Shown: positions 39,650-51,138, numbered from the stretch's first letter. The stretch: 64,000 bases of DNA from Chloroflexota bacterium (GCA_947479915.1 CANKAU010000007.1:16190-80189), one strand, 5' to 3'. Notes: generated from the letters alone by a model not told the origin. Numbers and translations: made by a program.

Positions 39650-40425
39650 GCGGACACCTCCTGCGTGAGACCCAGCTCCTTGAGGATCGGGTCGTAGCCC
39701 TCGGTTTCGATCTGCTTCGCCAGCGACGCGTCGCCGGAGCGGACGATCTTGCCCGCGACCAGGATGTGCACGAAGTCAGGGTGGATGTAGTTCAGGATGC
39801 GCTCGTAGTGCGTGATGAGCAGGATCGCCTGCTCCGGGCGCCGCAGCGCGTTCACGCCCTCCGAGACCGTCCGCAGCGCGTCCACGTCGAGGCCGGAGTC
39901 GGTCTCGTCGAGGATCGCGAGGTCGGGCTTCAGCAGGCCCATCTGCAGGATCTCGGCGCGCTTCTTCTCGCCGCCGGAGAAGCCGTCGTTCACGTAGCGC
40001 CGCGCGAACTCCTCGCCCATCTTGAGCTTGGCCAGCGTCTCGCGGAGCTCACCCAGGAACTCGCGGGCCGGGACTTCCTCGCCACGACGCGCCTTCAGCG
40101 CCTCGCGCATGAAGTTCACCATCGTCACGCCGGGGATGGCGGTCGGGTACTGGAACGAGAGGAAGATGCCCTTCCGCGCACGCTCGTCGGCGGTCGCGGC
40201 GGTGATGTCCTCGCCCTGGTACAGGATCTGGCCGCTGTCCACGGTGTAGGTGGGGCTGCCGGCGATCGTGCTGGAGAGCGTGCTCTTCCCGGAGCCGTTC
40301 GGGCCCATGATCGTGTGGACCTCGCCCGGTCGGATGACCAGGTCGATGCCCTTGATGATCTGCACCTCGGGCTTATCCGTGATGCTGACCTTGAGGTCGC
40401 GGACTTCGAGGATCGGTTCGCTCAT
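39646..40425 (-). CDS. sufC: Fe-S assembly ATPase SufC
   Basis: [30 protein letters not shown]. Confidence 0.97.
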   Translation of the reverse strand: MSEPILEVRDLKVSITDKPEVQIIKGIDLVIRPGEVHTIMGPNGSGKSTLSSTIAGSPTYTVDSGQILYQGEDITAATADERARKGIFLSFQYPTAIPGVTMVNFMREALKARRGEEVPAREFLGELRETLAKLKMGEEFARRYVNDGFSGGEKKRAEILQMGLLKPDLAILDETDSGLDVDALRTVSEGVNALRRPEQAILLITHYERILNYIHPDFVHILVAGKIVRSGDASLAKQIETEGYDPILKELGLTQEVSA

Positions 40426-41129
40426 CGTGCGGATGCACCCTTCTGCTCGAGCACCGGGAGGAGGCCACTCGCCACCACCGGTCGCTCGTCATCGTTCTTT
40501 GCTACGAGGTACTCACAGGCAGCGCCGCCGCCCGCGACCGTTGTGATCTGTTCCACGGGCGCGCCGAGCAGCAGCTCGATCGCCCGCCGGTCTGCCGCAC
40601 AGCACGCGTGCGTCTCGCTGGCCGTAGTTCGGTACGGGCAGCCGGTGTTGCGCAGGCGGAAGAAATCGCCCGCGTCCTCAACCTCCTGCAGGATGCCCTC
40701 GTGCGACAGCGCGATCGTCACTTCGTGCACGCGCTCGCCGATGGACTCGCCGCGGATCTGCGATGAGTGCTCGCGCGCCATGGACTCCGCCACCCGGTCG
40801 AAGAGGCGGTCGATGACGCCTCGACCGTCCGCGCCGTCGATCTCGGCCGCGCTGAGGTTCGCAAGCGCCGGCGACAGCCGGTCGAGGAGCTTCTGGTAGT
40901 GGCTCGATGAGGTGCGCTCCTCGCCCGCCTCGGACAGGGCAAACCGGGTGCTGGGGCGCCCCCGCGACTGCCGGACGAGGTGCGACACGACCAGGCCGTC
41001 CGCGACCATCAGGTCCATGTGGCGCCGGATCGAACCCGCCGAGACGCCGATCTCCTCGGCGAGCTCCGCGACAGAGCGCGCTCCGCGCTCGTGCAGGATG
41101 CGGACGACTTCGTCCCTCGTGCGTTCCAT
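40422..41129 (-). CDS. sufR: SufR-type HTH regulator
   Basis: N-terminal HTH (IRRHM...RGRP), C-terminal GCPY...CC...C; first gene of the suf operon. Confidence 0.85.
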   Translation of the reverse strand: MERTRDEVVRILHERGARSVAELAEEIGVSAGSIRRHMDLMVADGLVVSHLVRQSRGRPSTRFALSEAGEERTSSSHYQKLLDRLSPALANLSAAEIDGADGRGVIDRLFDRVAESMAREHSSQIRGESIGERVHEVTIALSHEGILQEVEDAGDFFRLRNTGCPYRTTASETHACCAADRRAIELLLGAPVEQITTVAGGGAACEYLVAKNDDERPVVASGLLPVLEQKGASAR

Positions 41130-41160
41130 CGATGCTCCCCCGCGCGCTTCTGCCTGACTC

Positions 41161-41190
41161 AGGTTAGGAGTGCCCTGCAGGGTATGTCAA
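41161..41190 (-). promoter_or_regulatory. Sigma70-type promoter of the suf operon (TTGACA-N18-TAACCT)
   Basis: Minus strand TTGACA at 41190-41185 and TAACCT at 41166-41161; palindrome CCCTGCAGGG in the spacer. Confidence 0.7.
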
Positions 41191-41346
41191 CGTTTATTGC
41201 ATTTTATTGGAGGTAAATCACCAATCACCGGCACGTTCGTGCGAGCACACTCCGGCACCCTGTCCCCTCGTTGTCCCCTCGGCAACGCGCCCCCTACGAT
41301 CCGACGCGAACGAACGGCCCCACCGAGGACCTCGAAGGAGCGCACG

Positions 41347-41799
41347 ATGGCAGACGAGACGACCCAGGACGAGGTGCGCGGGCTGAAGGTCGGCCACACG
41401 GTGCTCTTCCAGCGCCAGGTCGACCCCGAGACCATCCAGAAGTTCGTAGACGTCAGCGGCGACACGAACCCGCTCCACGTCGATCCCGCCTACGCGGCGC
41501 GAACCCGCTTCAAGCGCCCGATCGCCCACGGCATGATCGGCGCGGCGTTCATCTCCGCAGCCATGGCGACCAAGCTCTCCCCGGGCCACGTCATCGTCTA
41601 CCTCGGCCAGAACCTCGAGTTCGTCGCGCCGGTGTACGAGTACGACGTGCTGACCGTGACCTGCACCGTCACGGCCGTGGAGCCACGCCGCAACCGCGTG
41701 AAGGTGGACACCACCGTCACGAACCAGGAGAGCGCGGAAGTTATCCGCGGCGACGCGTACGTCCTCGTCGACGAGCTCGCGCCTGCTGACGCCGAGTAA
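41347..41799 (+). CDS. MaoC/PhaJ-like (R)-enoyl-CoA hydratase
   Basis: Intact D-x4-H motif: FVDVSGDTNPLHVD...IAHG. Confidence 0.88.
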   Translation: MADETTQDEVRGLKVGHTVLFQRQVDPETIQKFVDVSGDTNPLHVDPAYAARTRFKRPIAHGMIGAAFISAAMATKLSPGHVIVYLGQNLEFVAPVYEYDVLTVTCTVTAVEPRRNRVKVDTTVTNQESAEVIRGDAYVLVDELAPADAE

Positions 41800-41806
41800 C
41801 AGCGCG

Positions 41807-42556
41807 ATGCCCGGCAGCCTCGCGGGACAGGTCGCCGTCGTCACCGGCGGGAGTCGCGGCATCGGCCGCGCGTGCGTCCTCGCGCTCGCCGCGGAGGGCG
41901 CCGATGTCGTCATCAACTACGTCTCGTCCGAGGATGCCGCGCAGTCCGCGCGCGCGGAGGCCGAGGCGCTGGGCGTCCGCGCGATCGTCGTGCGCGCCGA
42001 CGTAGGCGACGAGGCCGAGGCGCGCCGGCTGATCGAGGCTGCCGAGGCGGTGTTCGAGCGCGTCGACATCCTCGTGAACAACGCGGGCATCGCTCGCGTG
42101 AAGTTGATCCACCGCCTCACGCGCGAGGACTGGGACGACGTGATCCGCACGAACCTGTCCTCGGCGTTCTTCTGCACGCAGGCAGTCATCCCCGGCATGC
42201 GCACGCGCGGCAGCGGGCGCATCGTCAACATTGCGTCGATGGTCGGTCAGCACGGCGACCCGGGGCAGGCGAACTACGCCGCGGCGAAGGGCGGCATGAT
42301 CGCGCTGACGAAGTCAGCCGCGAAGGAACTCGCCCGCTTCGGCATCACGGTGAACGCGCTCTGCCCCGGCTACGTGGACACCGACATGTCCAGCGTCATG
42401 CCCGAGCAGTACCGCAAGGATCTCCTCGCCTCGATCCCGCTCGGCCGCATGGCCACCGCCGAGGAGATCGCGGCCAGCGTCATCTTCCTCGCCGGCCCCG
42501 GCGGCGCGTTCTACACCGGCGCGGAGCTCAGCCCCAACGGCGGGCAATACATGTAG
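41807..42556 (+). CDS. SDR: acetoacetyl-CoA reductase PhaB-like or 3-oxoacyl-ACP reductase
   Basis: TGGSRGIG, NNAGI, GQANYAAAKGG, C-terminal NGGQYM. Confidence 0.88.
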   Translation: MPGSLAGQVAVVTGGSRGIGRACVLALAAEGADVVINYVSSEDAAQSARAEAEALGVRAIVVRADVGDEAEARRLIEAAEAVFERVDILVNNAGIARVKLIHRLTREDWDDVIRTNLSSAFFCTQAVIPGMRTRGSGRIVNIASMVGQHGDPGQANYAAAKGGMIALTKSAAKELARFGITVNALCPGYVDTDMSSVMPEQYRKDLLASIPLGRMATAEEIAASVIFLAGPGGAFYTGAELSPNGGQYM

Positions 42557-42580
42557 GCTGCGTCCTCGGAGGCAGCGCAC

Positions 42581-43141
42581 GTGAGCCGTCGCATCCAGGT
42601 CATGGGCCAATCCGGCAGCGGCAAGAGCACGCTCGGTCTCCGGCTCGCCGAGGTCCTGGGCGTCCCGCACGTCGAGCTCGACGCATTGTTCTGGCTCCCC
42701 AACTGGGTCGAGCGCGACGGCGATGAGTTCCGCGCGATGGTCGCGGCGGCGACCGCCGGTGACGCCTGGGTCGTCAGCGGGAACTACAGCGGGCGCGTCC
42801 GCGACCTGACCTGGCCCCGAGCGAGCATGGTCGTGTGGCTGGACCTGCCGCTGTACGTGACGCTGCCGCGCCTCATCGCGCGGTCATGGCGTCGATGGCG
42901 ACAGCGAGAAGTGCTGTGGGGCACGAACGTGGAGCGGTTCTGGCCGCAGCTCGCCGTGTGGGATGCGAACTCCCTGGTCGGCTACTCGCTACGGGCGCGG
43001 CCCCGGTTTCGGGCGCTGATGCTGGGCGCTCTCGCAGACCCGGAGTGGGCGCAGGCGCGGTGGATACGCCTGACCTCGCAGCGCGAGGTCGATCGTTTCC
43101 TCGCCTCCTTCATGGCCGAGCACGCCGAGCGGAGCGCCTGA
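42581..43141 (+). CDS. Adenylate-kinase-like P-loop protein (FlaR/topology-modulation family)
   Basis: GQSGSGKST, ELDALFW, WVVSGNY, VVWLDLP. Confidence 0.82.
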   Translation: MSRRIQVMGQSGSGKSTLGLRLAEVLGVPHVELDALFWLPNWVERDGDEFRAMVAAATAGDAWVVSGNYSGRVRDLTWPRASMVVWLDLPLYVTLPRLIARSWRRWRQREVLWGTNVERFWPQLAVWDANSLVGYSLRARPRFRALMLGALADPEWAQARWIRLTSQREVDRFLASFMAEHAERSA

Positions 43142-43791
43142 TGCCATCTCGACTCCGCTTCTCGCTCGCGAAGGCGTACGCGCACCTGCGCGCCGCCGAC
43201 CCCGTGCTCGCCGCGCTGATCGAGGAGCACGGGCCGTATCGCCCTCGACCGGCGATGGATCACTACGATTCGCTGCTGCGCACGATCCTCTTCCAGCAGC
43301 TCGCCGGCGCGGCTGCGCGGAGCATCCAGCGCCGCTGGCTCGCGCTCTACGGCGACGGCCCCGGCGGCGGCGAGGGGCGCTACCCCACCCCACAGGAGCT
43401 ACTGGCGACGACCGACGAGGCGTTCCGGGGCGCGGGCGTCTCTCGCCAGAAGGCCGGCTACATGCGCTCACTCGCCGAGCACGTCGTCGCGGGCGACCTC
43501 GACTTCGCGGGCATCGACGCGCTCCCGGACGACGAGGTCACCCGCCGGCTCGTAGTGGTGAAGGGGCTGGGCGAGTGGTCGGCGCACATGTTCCTGATGT
43601 TCCAACTGGGACGGCCGGACGTCCTGCCCATCGGTGACCTCGGCGTGCGCATCGGCATGGGGATCGCGTACGGCCTCGACGCCCCTCCGACCCCGGCGCA
43701 GGCGCGGGCGATCGGCGAGCCGTGGGCGCCCTACCGCTCGGTCGCGTCGTGGTACATGTGGCGCGCGACCGAGGGTCCTCGGACGACTTAG
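43141..43791 (+). CDS. alkA: DNA-3-methyladenine glycosylase II
   Basis: ILFQQL, VKGLGEWSAHMFLMF.LGRPDVLP.GDLG, W.PYRS (HhH-GPD). Confidence 0.9.
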   Translation: MPSRLRFSLAKAYAHLRAADPVLAALIEEHGPYRPRPAMDHYDSLLRTILFQQLAGAAARSIQRRWLALYGDGPGGGEGRYPTPQELLATTDEAFRGAGVSRQKAGYMRSLAEHVVAGDLDFAGIDALPDDEVTRRLVVVKGLGEWSAHMFLMFQLGRPDVLPIGDLGVRIGMGIAYGLDAPPTPAQARAIGEPWAPYRSVASWYMWRATEGPRTT

Positions 43792-43924
43792 GCACGCATC
43801 ACGAACGTGGAGCCCGCCGAAGGATCGTGCGGTCGCGCGCTCCTATACTGAGCCCCCGAGGGTGCCGATCGGCCCCCACGAGGCAGCCGCGAGCGGCGCT
43901 CAGGCCGCGCGCGAAGGGGTGTCC

Positions 43925-44830
43925 ATGCGGATCGTGCTCTTCGGCCAGGCCGCGTTCGGCAAGGACGTCTTCGAGAAGCTCCGCCAGGCGGGCGAGGACG
44001 TCGTCGGCGTCTCCACGCCTCGACAGGGCACGCGTCCCGACCCCCTGTTCGAGGCCGCCAGCATCGCCGGCGTGCCGGTGATCGAAACGCCGGCGCTGCG
44101 CCAGGACGGTCCCTTCGAGCAGTTCCTGGCGCTGAAGCCCGATCTCCTCGTCTTCGCGTTCGTGACGGACATCGTGCGGAAGCGCGTGCTGGACGCCGCC
44201 ACGCACGGCGCGATCCAGTACCACCCATCGCTGCTGCCGCTCCACCGCGGCCGTACCGCGATGAACTGGGCGATCATCTCCGGCGCTGAGAAGACCGGCC
44301 TGTCGATCTTCTGGGTCGACGAGGGCATCGACACCGGCCCGATCCTGCTCCAGCGCGAGGTGGACATCGACCCCGCGGACAGCGTCGCCACGCTCTACTT
44401 CGACCGGCTGTACCCGATGGGCGTCGACGCGCTCGTGGAGGCGACCCGCCTCGTGCGCGAGGGTGAGGCGCCCCGCATCCCTCAGAACCACGCGCTCGCC
44501 ACCTACGAGGCACCCTGCGGCCCGGAGCACGCCAAGATCGACTGGATGTACCACTCCCGCGTGGTCTCCAACCTGATCCGCGGCTGCGACCCCCAGCCGG
44601 GCGCCATGACGAACCTGAACGGCGAGCCGATCCGGCTGTTCGAGGCGCAACTGCGCCCGGGCGCCCCCGGCGAGCCGCCGGGCACGGTGATGGCGATCAT
44701 CGACGGTCGCGCCGAGATCGCCGGCGTCGGTGGCACAATCATCGTGGGCCGCGCGCAGCGGGCCGGGGCAGCGAAGCAGCCCGCCGGTGAGGTGATGATG
44801 GTCGGCGACGTCCTCGAACGGACGCCCTGA
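43925..44830 (+). CDS. Formyltransferase-family protein (fmt-like; resembles the 10-formyl-THF dehydrogenase N-domain)
   Basis: YHPSLLPLHRG, DEGIDTG, LIRGCDPQPGA. Confidence 0.85.
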   Translation: MRIVLFGQAAFGKDVFEKLRQAGEDVVGVSTPRQGTRPDPLFEAASIAGVPVIETPALRQDGPFEQFLALKPDLLVFAFVTDIVRKRVLDAATHGAIQYHPSLLPLHRGRTAMNWAIISGAEKTGLSIFWVDEGIDTGPILLQREVDIDPADSVATLYFDRLYPMGVDALVEATRLVREGEAPRIPQNHALATYEAPCGPEHAKIDWMYHSRVVSNLIRGCDPQPGAMTNLNGEPIRLFEAQLRPGAPGEPPGTVMAIIDGRAEIAGVGGTIIVGRAQRAGAAKQPAGEVMMVGDVLERTP

Positions 44831-44859
44831 CCCAGGCTCGACACGATGAGGAGCACCGG

Positions 44860-45980
<1,121 letters not shown>

Positions 45981-45984
<4 letters not shown>

Positions 45985-47249
45985 TCGGCTGGGCGAGGCG
46001 CACCCTCGGCCCGATCTTCGAGCACGAGCAACTGATGATGATCACCGTGTCCACGGTGCTCGTCATGATGGGCCAGGGCGTGATCTCGCCCGTTCTCCCG
46101 CTGTTCTCGAACAAATTTGGCGTCGGCGCGGCGGCGATCGGCCTGACGCTCACGTCGTTCGGCCTCGCGCGCCTCGTACTGAACATCCCGATGGGGATCG
46201 CGGCGGACCGCTATGGGCGGCGGCTACTGCTGGTCAGCGGCCCGATCATCGCGGCCGTCGGCATGGTGGGCTCCGGGCTCTCCGGGTCGCTGCCCGAGCT
46301 GCTCGCCTGGCGCTTCATCGCCGGCGCTGGCTCCGCGATCTATGCGACCGGCGCGCAGGTGTTCCTCGCGGACGTATCGACGCCCGCGACCCGCGCGAGG
46401 TACCTCGGCACGAACCAGGGCGCGCTGCTGCTGGGCACCTCGTTCGGCCCCGCGATCGGCGGCTTCACCGCGGACGCATGGGGCCTGGAGGCGCCGTTCC
46501 TGATCGTCGGGCTGTGCTCGCTGGTGGCGGGCGGCTATGCCTACCTGCGCCTGCCCGAGACGCGCCACCTCAACCCGGAGGCGCCGAGGCCCGTCGCCGT
46601 CGCTGCGGGCGCCGCCCCACCTCGAACCGCGTGGCTCCAGCTGCTGCTGTCGCGGGACTTCCTGCTAATCGCGGTGATGAACGCCGCGATCTTCCTCACG
46701 CGCACCGGCGGGCGTCAGACGATCATGCCGCTGCTGGGCGCGACCACGCTGGGGCTGTCGACCGCGTCCCTCGGCTGGATCTTCTCGCTCATGGCGATCG
46801 TGAACATGCTGCTGGTCGTGCCGTCCTCGGTGATCGCGGATCGCATGGGTCGCAAGTGGTCGATCGTGCCGAGCGGCGTGCTGGTGGGGCTGACCATGTT
46901 CATGCTCGCGGGCACGCACTCGTACTGGATGTTCTTCAGCGCGGCAATGCTGCACTCAGTCGCCGCGTCGCTGTCCGGCCCCGCGCCGGCCGCCTACGCC
47001 GTGGACATCTCGCCCCCCGGCCTGCGAGGGCTGGGGATGGGCATGTTCCGCTCCGGTGGCGACGTGGGATTCATGATCGGCCCACCGCTGGTCGGCTTCA
47101 TCGCGGACTACTCGGGCTTCGGCGCGGCGATGTTCGCGAACGGTGTGATCATGGTCGCGGCGTCGGTGCTGTTCCTGCTGGCAACCGAGACCGGCGGCAG
47201 GCAGGTGCGCGCGCGACAGGCCGCCGAGGCGGCACCGACCGCCCGCTAG
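45981..47249 (+). CDS. MFS transporter
   Basis: About 12 TM segments; ADRYGRR and ADRMGRK motif A. Confidence 0.9.
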
Positions 47250-47743
47250 TCGGGGACGGCGGCCCAGCCGAGCGCCTCGGACATCTGTTGCTCCACCTCG
47301 GGCGACAGACGCATGAACAGCGCGGTCGCCTCCGCGAGGCGCTCGCCGTCCGCATCGTCCACGCTCGCCTCGACCTCGATGCGGCGTCCGCGCATCCGCA
47401 CCACACGCCCGTGCACGATCAGCGTCCCGGTCGTGCCCACTGTCTTGCGGTAACGCGTCTCCATCTTTGCCGTGACGCCCAGCGCGCGGTCGGCGGCCCA
47501 CATCGCCCACGCCATCGACTCGTCGAGGAGTGCGGCCAGCACGCCGCCGTGCATGACGCCCGGGAAGCCCTGATCCTCCGGCTTGGGATCGTAGCGGCAG
47601 ACCACCGCGCCCCCGCCCGCCTCGGAGACCTCGCGGCTGAAGCGCAGATGCAGGCCATGCTGGTTACGGGCGCCGCACGCGAAGCAGACCTGGTCGTAGA
47701 GACGCTCGTCGAAGGCGCCCGCGGCGTGCTCCGCGTCAGCCAT
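47246..47743 (-). CDS. PaaI-family thioesterase
   Basis: CFACG..N..GL and [14 protein letters not shown]. Confidence 0.88.
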   Translation of the reverse strand: MADAEHAAGAFDERLYDQVCFACGARNQHGLHLRFSREVSEAGGGAVVCRYDPKPEDQGFPGVMHGGVLAALLDESMAWAMWAADRALGVTAKMETRYRKTVGTTGTLIVHGRVVRMRGRRIEVEASVDDADGERLAEATALFMRLSPEVEQQMSEALGWAAVPD

Positions 47744-48138
47744 CAGGCGAGGTGCACGGAGGCGGTACCGGTAAGCAGCGCCTCGCCGCTCGCGTCCTCG
47801 CAGGAGACGTCGTAGGTCGCGACGCCGTCGTGCTCCGATTTCAGCACCGCGCGCGCGGTGACCTCGATGGGAACAAGCGCGGGCTGGCGCCAGCGCACCT
47901 TCAGCGACCCGCCACGCTCCCACGCCTCGCCGAAGGCGTTCGTCATGGCCTCCGACACGAGCGCGAGGACGAGCATGCCGTGCGCGACGGGGCGACCGAA
48001 CGGGCCGGCGTACGCCTCGGGCGTCTCGCGGTGGATCGGGTTCGGGTCGCGCGCCGCGACCGCGTACTTGTCGACACGCGGCTGGTCGATGAGCCGCGTC
48101 ACGGGCTCCACGGCGGAGGGTGGGGTCACTGCGGTCAC
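47743..48138 (-). CDS. MaoC-family dehydratase, catalytic subunit
   Basis: YAVAARDPNPIH...VAHGM. Confidence 0.85.
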   Translation of the reverse strand: MTAVTPPSAVEPVTRLIDQPRVDKYAVAARDPNPIHRETPEAYAGPFGRPVAHGMLVLALVSEAMTNAFGEAWERGGSLKVRWRQPALVPIEVTARAVLKSEHDGVATYDVSCEDASGEALLTGTASVHLA

Positions 48139-48581
48139 TCGGCGCTCCCAGCGCTAGACGGATCAGTCGATGCGGCATCGTCGGGGGGTGGGACGAGCAC
48201 GGAGGCGCGCGACACGGCGACCACCTCGTCGCCCGCGCGCGCCTCCGCGTCGAACGACGCCATGAGCGCGCCGCGACGGACGGCGTGCGAGGCAACGAGC
48301 ACGGTGACCGTGAGCGGCTCGCCGATGCGCACAGGGCGCATGGACTCGTGCTCCTGGCCGGTGTGCATCACGCCCTTCGGGATCTCGATCTGCGAAAGGA
48401 GCGTGGCGAGCATCAGCGCGCTCATCATCACGGGCGGGACGTGCTCGCCCCAGCGGTCGGCCGGCTCACCGGTGGCATCAAGGTATGCGCGCACATCGTC
48501 GGCGCTGATCGTGAGATCGACGGGCGGCAGCACGTCGCCGCGAGAGAGGGTGTCGAAGGCGATTCGTGTAGGCGAGGTCAC
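48135..48581 (-). CDS. MaoC-like partner subunit
   Basis: YLDATGE...VPP...VMHTGQE....PVRIGE; overlaps the next MaoC gene. Confidence 0.75.
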   Translation of the reverse strand: MTSPTRIAFDTLSRGDVLPPVDLTISADDVRAYLDATGEPADRWGEHVPPVMMSALMLATLLSQIEIPKGVMHTGQEHESMRPVRIGEPLTVTVLVASHAVRRGALMASFDAEARAGDEVVAVSRASVLVPPPDDAASTDPSSAGSAE

Positions 48582-48591
48582 GTGCGGCGCG

Positions 48592-48948
48592 TTAGCCCTC
48601 GACGGCCGAGAGCATCTCGGACTGCATGTGCTCGCGGCCCCACTCGGCGAGCGGGAGCATCGCCTGCGCGAGCTCGCGGCCGGACTCGGTGAGCTCGTAC
48701 TCGACCCACGGCGGCATCGTCGCGACGAGGTGTCGCTCGACGAGCCCGATCTCTTCGAGCGTCTTCAGACGATCGCGGAGCGTGCGGGAGTTGCAGCCGC
48801 CGACGGTGGCGGCCAGGTCGTTGAAGCGGCGCTTGCCATCGAGCAATTCGTAGAGAATCCGCGGGACCCAGCGCTGCCCGACCAGCGCGAGCGTGGCTCG
48901 CACGGGGCAGAAGTCACCATCGCGGGTGCGCGCCTGACGTGATTCCAT
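48592..48948 (-). CDS. HxlR-family transcriptional regulator
   Basis: FCPV...LVGQRW, RFNDL, LRDRLKTLE, VEYELT. Confidence 0.9.
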   Translation of the reverse strand: MESRQARTRDGDFCPVRATLALVGQRWVPRILYELLDGKRRFNDLAATVGGCNSRTLRDRLKTLEEIGLVERHLVATMPPWVEYELTESGRELAQAMLPLAEWGREHMQSEMLSAVEG

Positions 48949-49066
48949 CGCGTGCCTCCCGGGCTGGTTCCCAACGCTACCGCAGTGTGCGCGTTCTTGC
49001 CACAACTGCCGGACGCCGGAACCGGGCGCGTCGCGCCCGGTTCCCTGCAATCGATTCGTCGAGGCG

Positions 49067-49507
49067 CTACTTGATGTAATCCTCGACATTGCTGTGGTCG
49101 CGCTTCTCGCGCCCGTTGTACATCGCCATCGCGATCTTGCCCTCGCGGTCGATCACGAAGGTCGCACGATCGGCCGAGGCCGACGCCTCGTTCCAGCAGT
49201 CGTAGGCCGTCGCCACCTCGCCCTTGAGGTCGGCGAGCAACGAATGCGTGAAGTGCTCGCGCTCCTTCCAGACCGCGTGCGAGAAACGGGAGTCGCGCGA
49301 GATGCCGTAGACCTTCGCGCCCTTTGCCTGCCAGCCGCCGAAGTTGTCGCGGACCTCGCAGTTCTCCGCGGTGCACGTGCCAGAGAAGTCGAACGGGTAG
49401 AAGAACAGGACGACGGGCGTCCCCTTGAGCTCGGAGAGCGTGACCTTCTCGTTCGACTCGTCGACGAGCGTGAAGTCCGGAGCCTGCTGACCAACCTCGA
49501 GAGCCAT
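49067..49507 (-). CDS. Peroxiredoxin (AhpE/BCP-like)
   Basis: APDFTL, FFYPFDFSGTC, RATFVID. Confidence 0.9.
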   Translation of the reverse strand: MALEVGQQAPDFTLVDESNEKVTLSELKGTPVVLFFYPFDFSGTCTAENCEVRDNFGGWQAKGAKVYGISRDSRFSHAVWKEREHFTHSLLADLKGEVATAYDCWNEASASADRATFVIDREGKIAMAMYNGREKRDHSNVEDYIK

Positions 49508-49647
49508 GTCGTTCCCTCCAGCGAACGCCGCGCTTGCGCGCCCGGCGTGATGTCGTGCTGCGAATGCGCGACGAGGTGCCTCGCGCGCCGTCGGCGAGTT
49601 TAGCAGCCTGCGCCTGCGTGAATCAGTGTCAGTGCCGCCCGGGCACA

Positions 49648-49675
49648 GAAGAGCCGGGCCCGTGCCCGGCTCTTC
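49648..49675 (-). terminator. Intrinsic terminator after the GltD-like gene
   Basis: 12-bp stem GAAGAGCCGGGC-CCGT-GCCCGGCTCTTC. Confidence 0.7.
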
Positions 49676-49695
49676 GCAACGCTGCGCGTGTCCGA

Positions 49696-51138
49696 CTACT
49701 TCGTCGCGAGGTACGCCGAGATGGCCTCGGCGGCGCGGTGGCCGTCGGCGAGCGCGGTGACCACCAGGTCGGCGCCGTTCACGTCGTCACCACCGGCGAA
49801 GACGCCCGGCAGGTTCGTCTGCAGCGTGTCCGGGTCGGCCACGATGCGAGCCCAGCGGTCGCGGACCATGTCTGGGACCACCTCGCCCCAGTCCTCGTCC
49901 ACGCCGTAGCCGATCGCGACCACGATCATGTCGGCGGGCAGGTCGAACTCGGAGTCCGGCACCGGCTCGGGGCGGCGGCGACCGGTGTCGTCGGCGGGGC
50001 CGAGCGCCATGCGCTGGCAGCGGAGCCCGCGCACCTCGCCCGCGTCACCGAGGAGCACGGCGAGCGGCGCCGCGAGGTACTCGAACTGGACGCCTTCCTC
50101 GTTCGCGTGCATGCGCTCTTCGACGCGGCCCTGCATCTCCGCCTCGGTGCGGCGGTAGACCAGCGTCACATCCTCCGCACCCAGGCGGCGCGCGGAGCGC
50201 ACGCAGTCCATGGAGGTGTCACCGCCGCCGACGACCACCACGCGGCGCGGCGAGCCCAGCGGCTCGCGCATCGATTCAGGCAGGTCGCTCTCGGGCAGGT
50301 TGGTCCGCACCAGGAAGTTCGTCGCCGTCAGCACCTGCGCGGCGTCTTCGCCAGGAATGCCGAGGCGCGTGCCGGTCTGGGCGCCGATGCCGACGAAGAT
50401 CGCGTCAAACTCCGCCGTGAGCTGGGCCCAGTCGACGTCCTCGCCCACGCGCGTGTTCGTACGCACCTCGACCCCGAGGGCCTCGAGGTCGCGGAACTTG
50501 CGATCGACGGCAGGCTTGTTCAGCTTGAAGGTGGGGATGCCGTAGCGCAGCACGCCACCGGCGGTCGGCCAGGCCTCGAAGATCACGGCCGCGTGGCCCT
50601 GCTTCGCGAGACGCTCAGCGACGGCGATGCTCGCGGGACCACTGCCCACGATACCGACGCGCTTCCCGGTGGGCGCGACCGGGGTCGCCGGCACCGGGCT
50701 GTTTGCGCGCTGCCACTCCGAGACGAACGTCTCGAGCTTGCCGATGGCGACGGGGAGCGCGTTCTTGCCGACGACGCAATGCCCCTCGCAGAGCCGCTCC
50801 TGCGGGCAGAGGCGCCCGCACATCTCGGGCAGCTCGCTGGTCTCGCGGAAGACGTTGGCGGCGCCGTTGAAGTCGTTGTTCTCCAGCATCCAGAACGCGC
50901 GCGGGATGTCGTTGTGAACGGGGCACGCCTTCTGACACGGCGCGGCGGGGCACTGGATGCAGCGCGCGGCCTCCTGCATGGCAATGCCGGGATCGAAGAG
51001 GTTCGTCACCTCGTCCCAGTTGCCGATGCGTGCGTCGGGCTTCTGCTTGGTGGGGCGATGGGAGGGTGCAGCGAGGCGCGCCTTCCGATCGACGACCGGG
51101 CGCTCCGGCTTGGCTTGCTTCTCAACGGGGTCAGGCAT
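49696..51138 (-). CDS. GltD/SudA/NfnB-like NAD(P)H Fe-S flavoprotein
   Basis: RCIQC...CQKACP, CGRLCPQERLCE, GSGPAS, YGIP.FKL, GGGDTSMDC, AGGD. Confidence 0.9.
   Translation of the reverse strand: MPDPVEKQAKPERPVVDRKARLAAPSHRPTKQKPDARIGNWDEVTNLFDPGIAMQEAARCIQCPAAPCQKACPVHNDIPRAFWMLENNDFNGAANVFRETSELPEMCGRLCPQERLCEGHCVVGKNALPVAIGKLETFVSEWQRANSPVPATPVAPTGKRVGIVGSGPASIAVAERLAKQGHAAVIFEAWPTAGGVLRYGIPTFKLNKPAVDRKFRDLEALGVEVRTNTRVGEDVDWAQLTAEFDAIFVGIGAQTGTRLGIPGEDAAQVLTATNFLVRTNLPESDLPESMREPLGSPRRVVVVGGGDTSMDCVRSARRLGAEDVTLVYRRTEAEMQGRVEERMHANEEGVQFEYLAAPLAVLLGDAGEVRGLRCQRMALGPADDTGRRRPEPVPDSEFDLPADMIVVAIGYGVDEDWGEVVPDMVRDRWARIVADPDTLQTNLPGVFAGGDDVNGADLVVTALADGHRAAEAISAYLATK

Noticed and set aside
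49067..49507. Additional selenoproteins among the peroxiredoxin, HesB/IscA, DUF255 and SufT genes
   Set aside because: All have ordinary Cys codons in uninterrupted frames; no in-frame TGA was seen.
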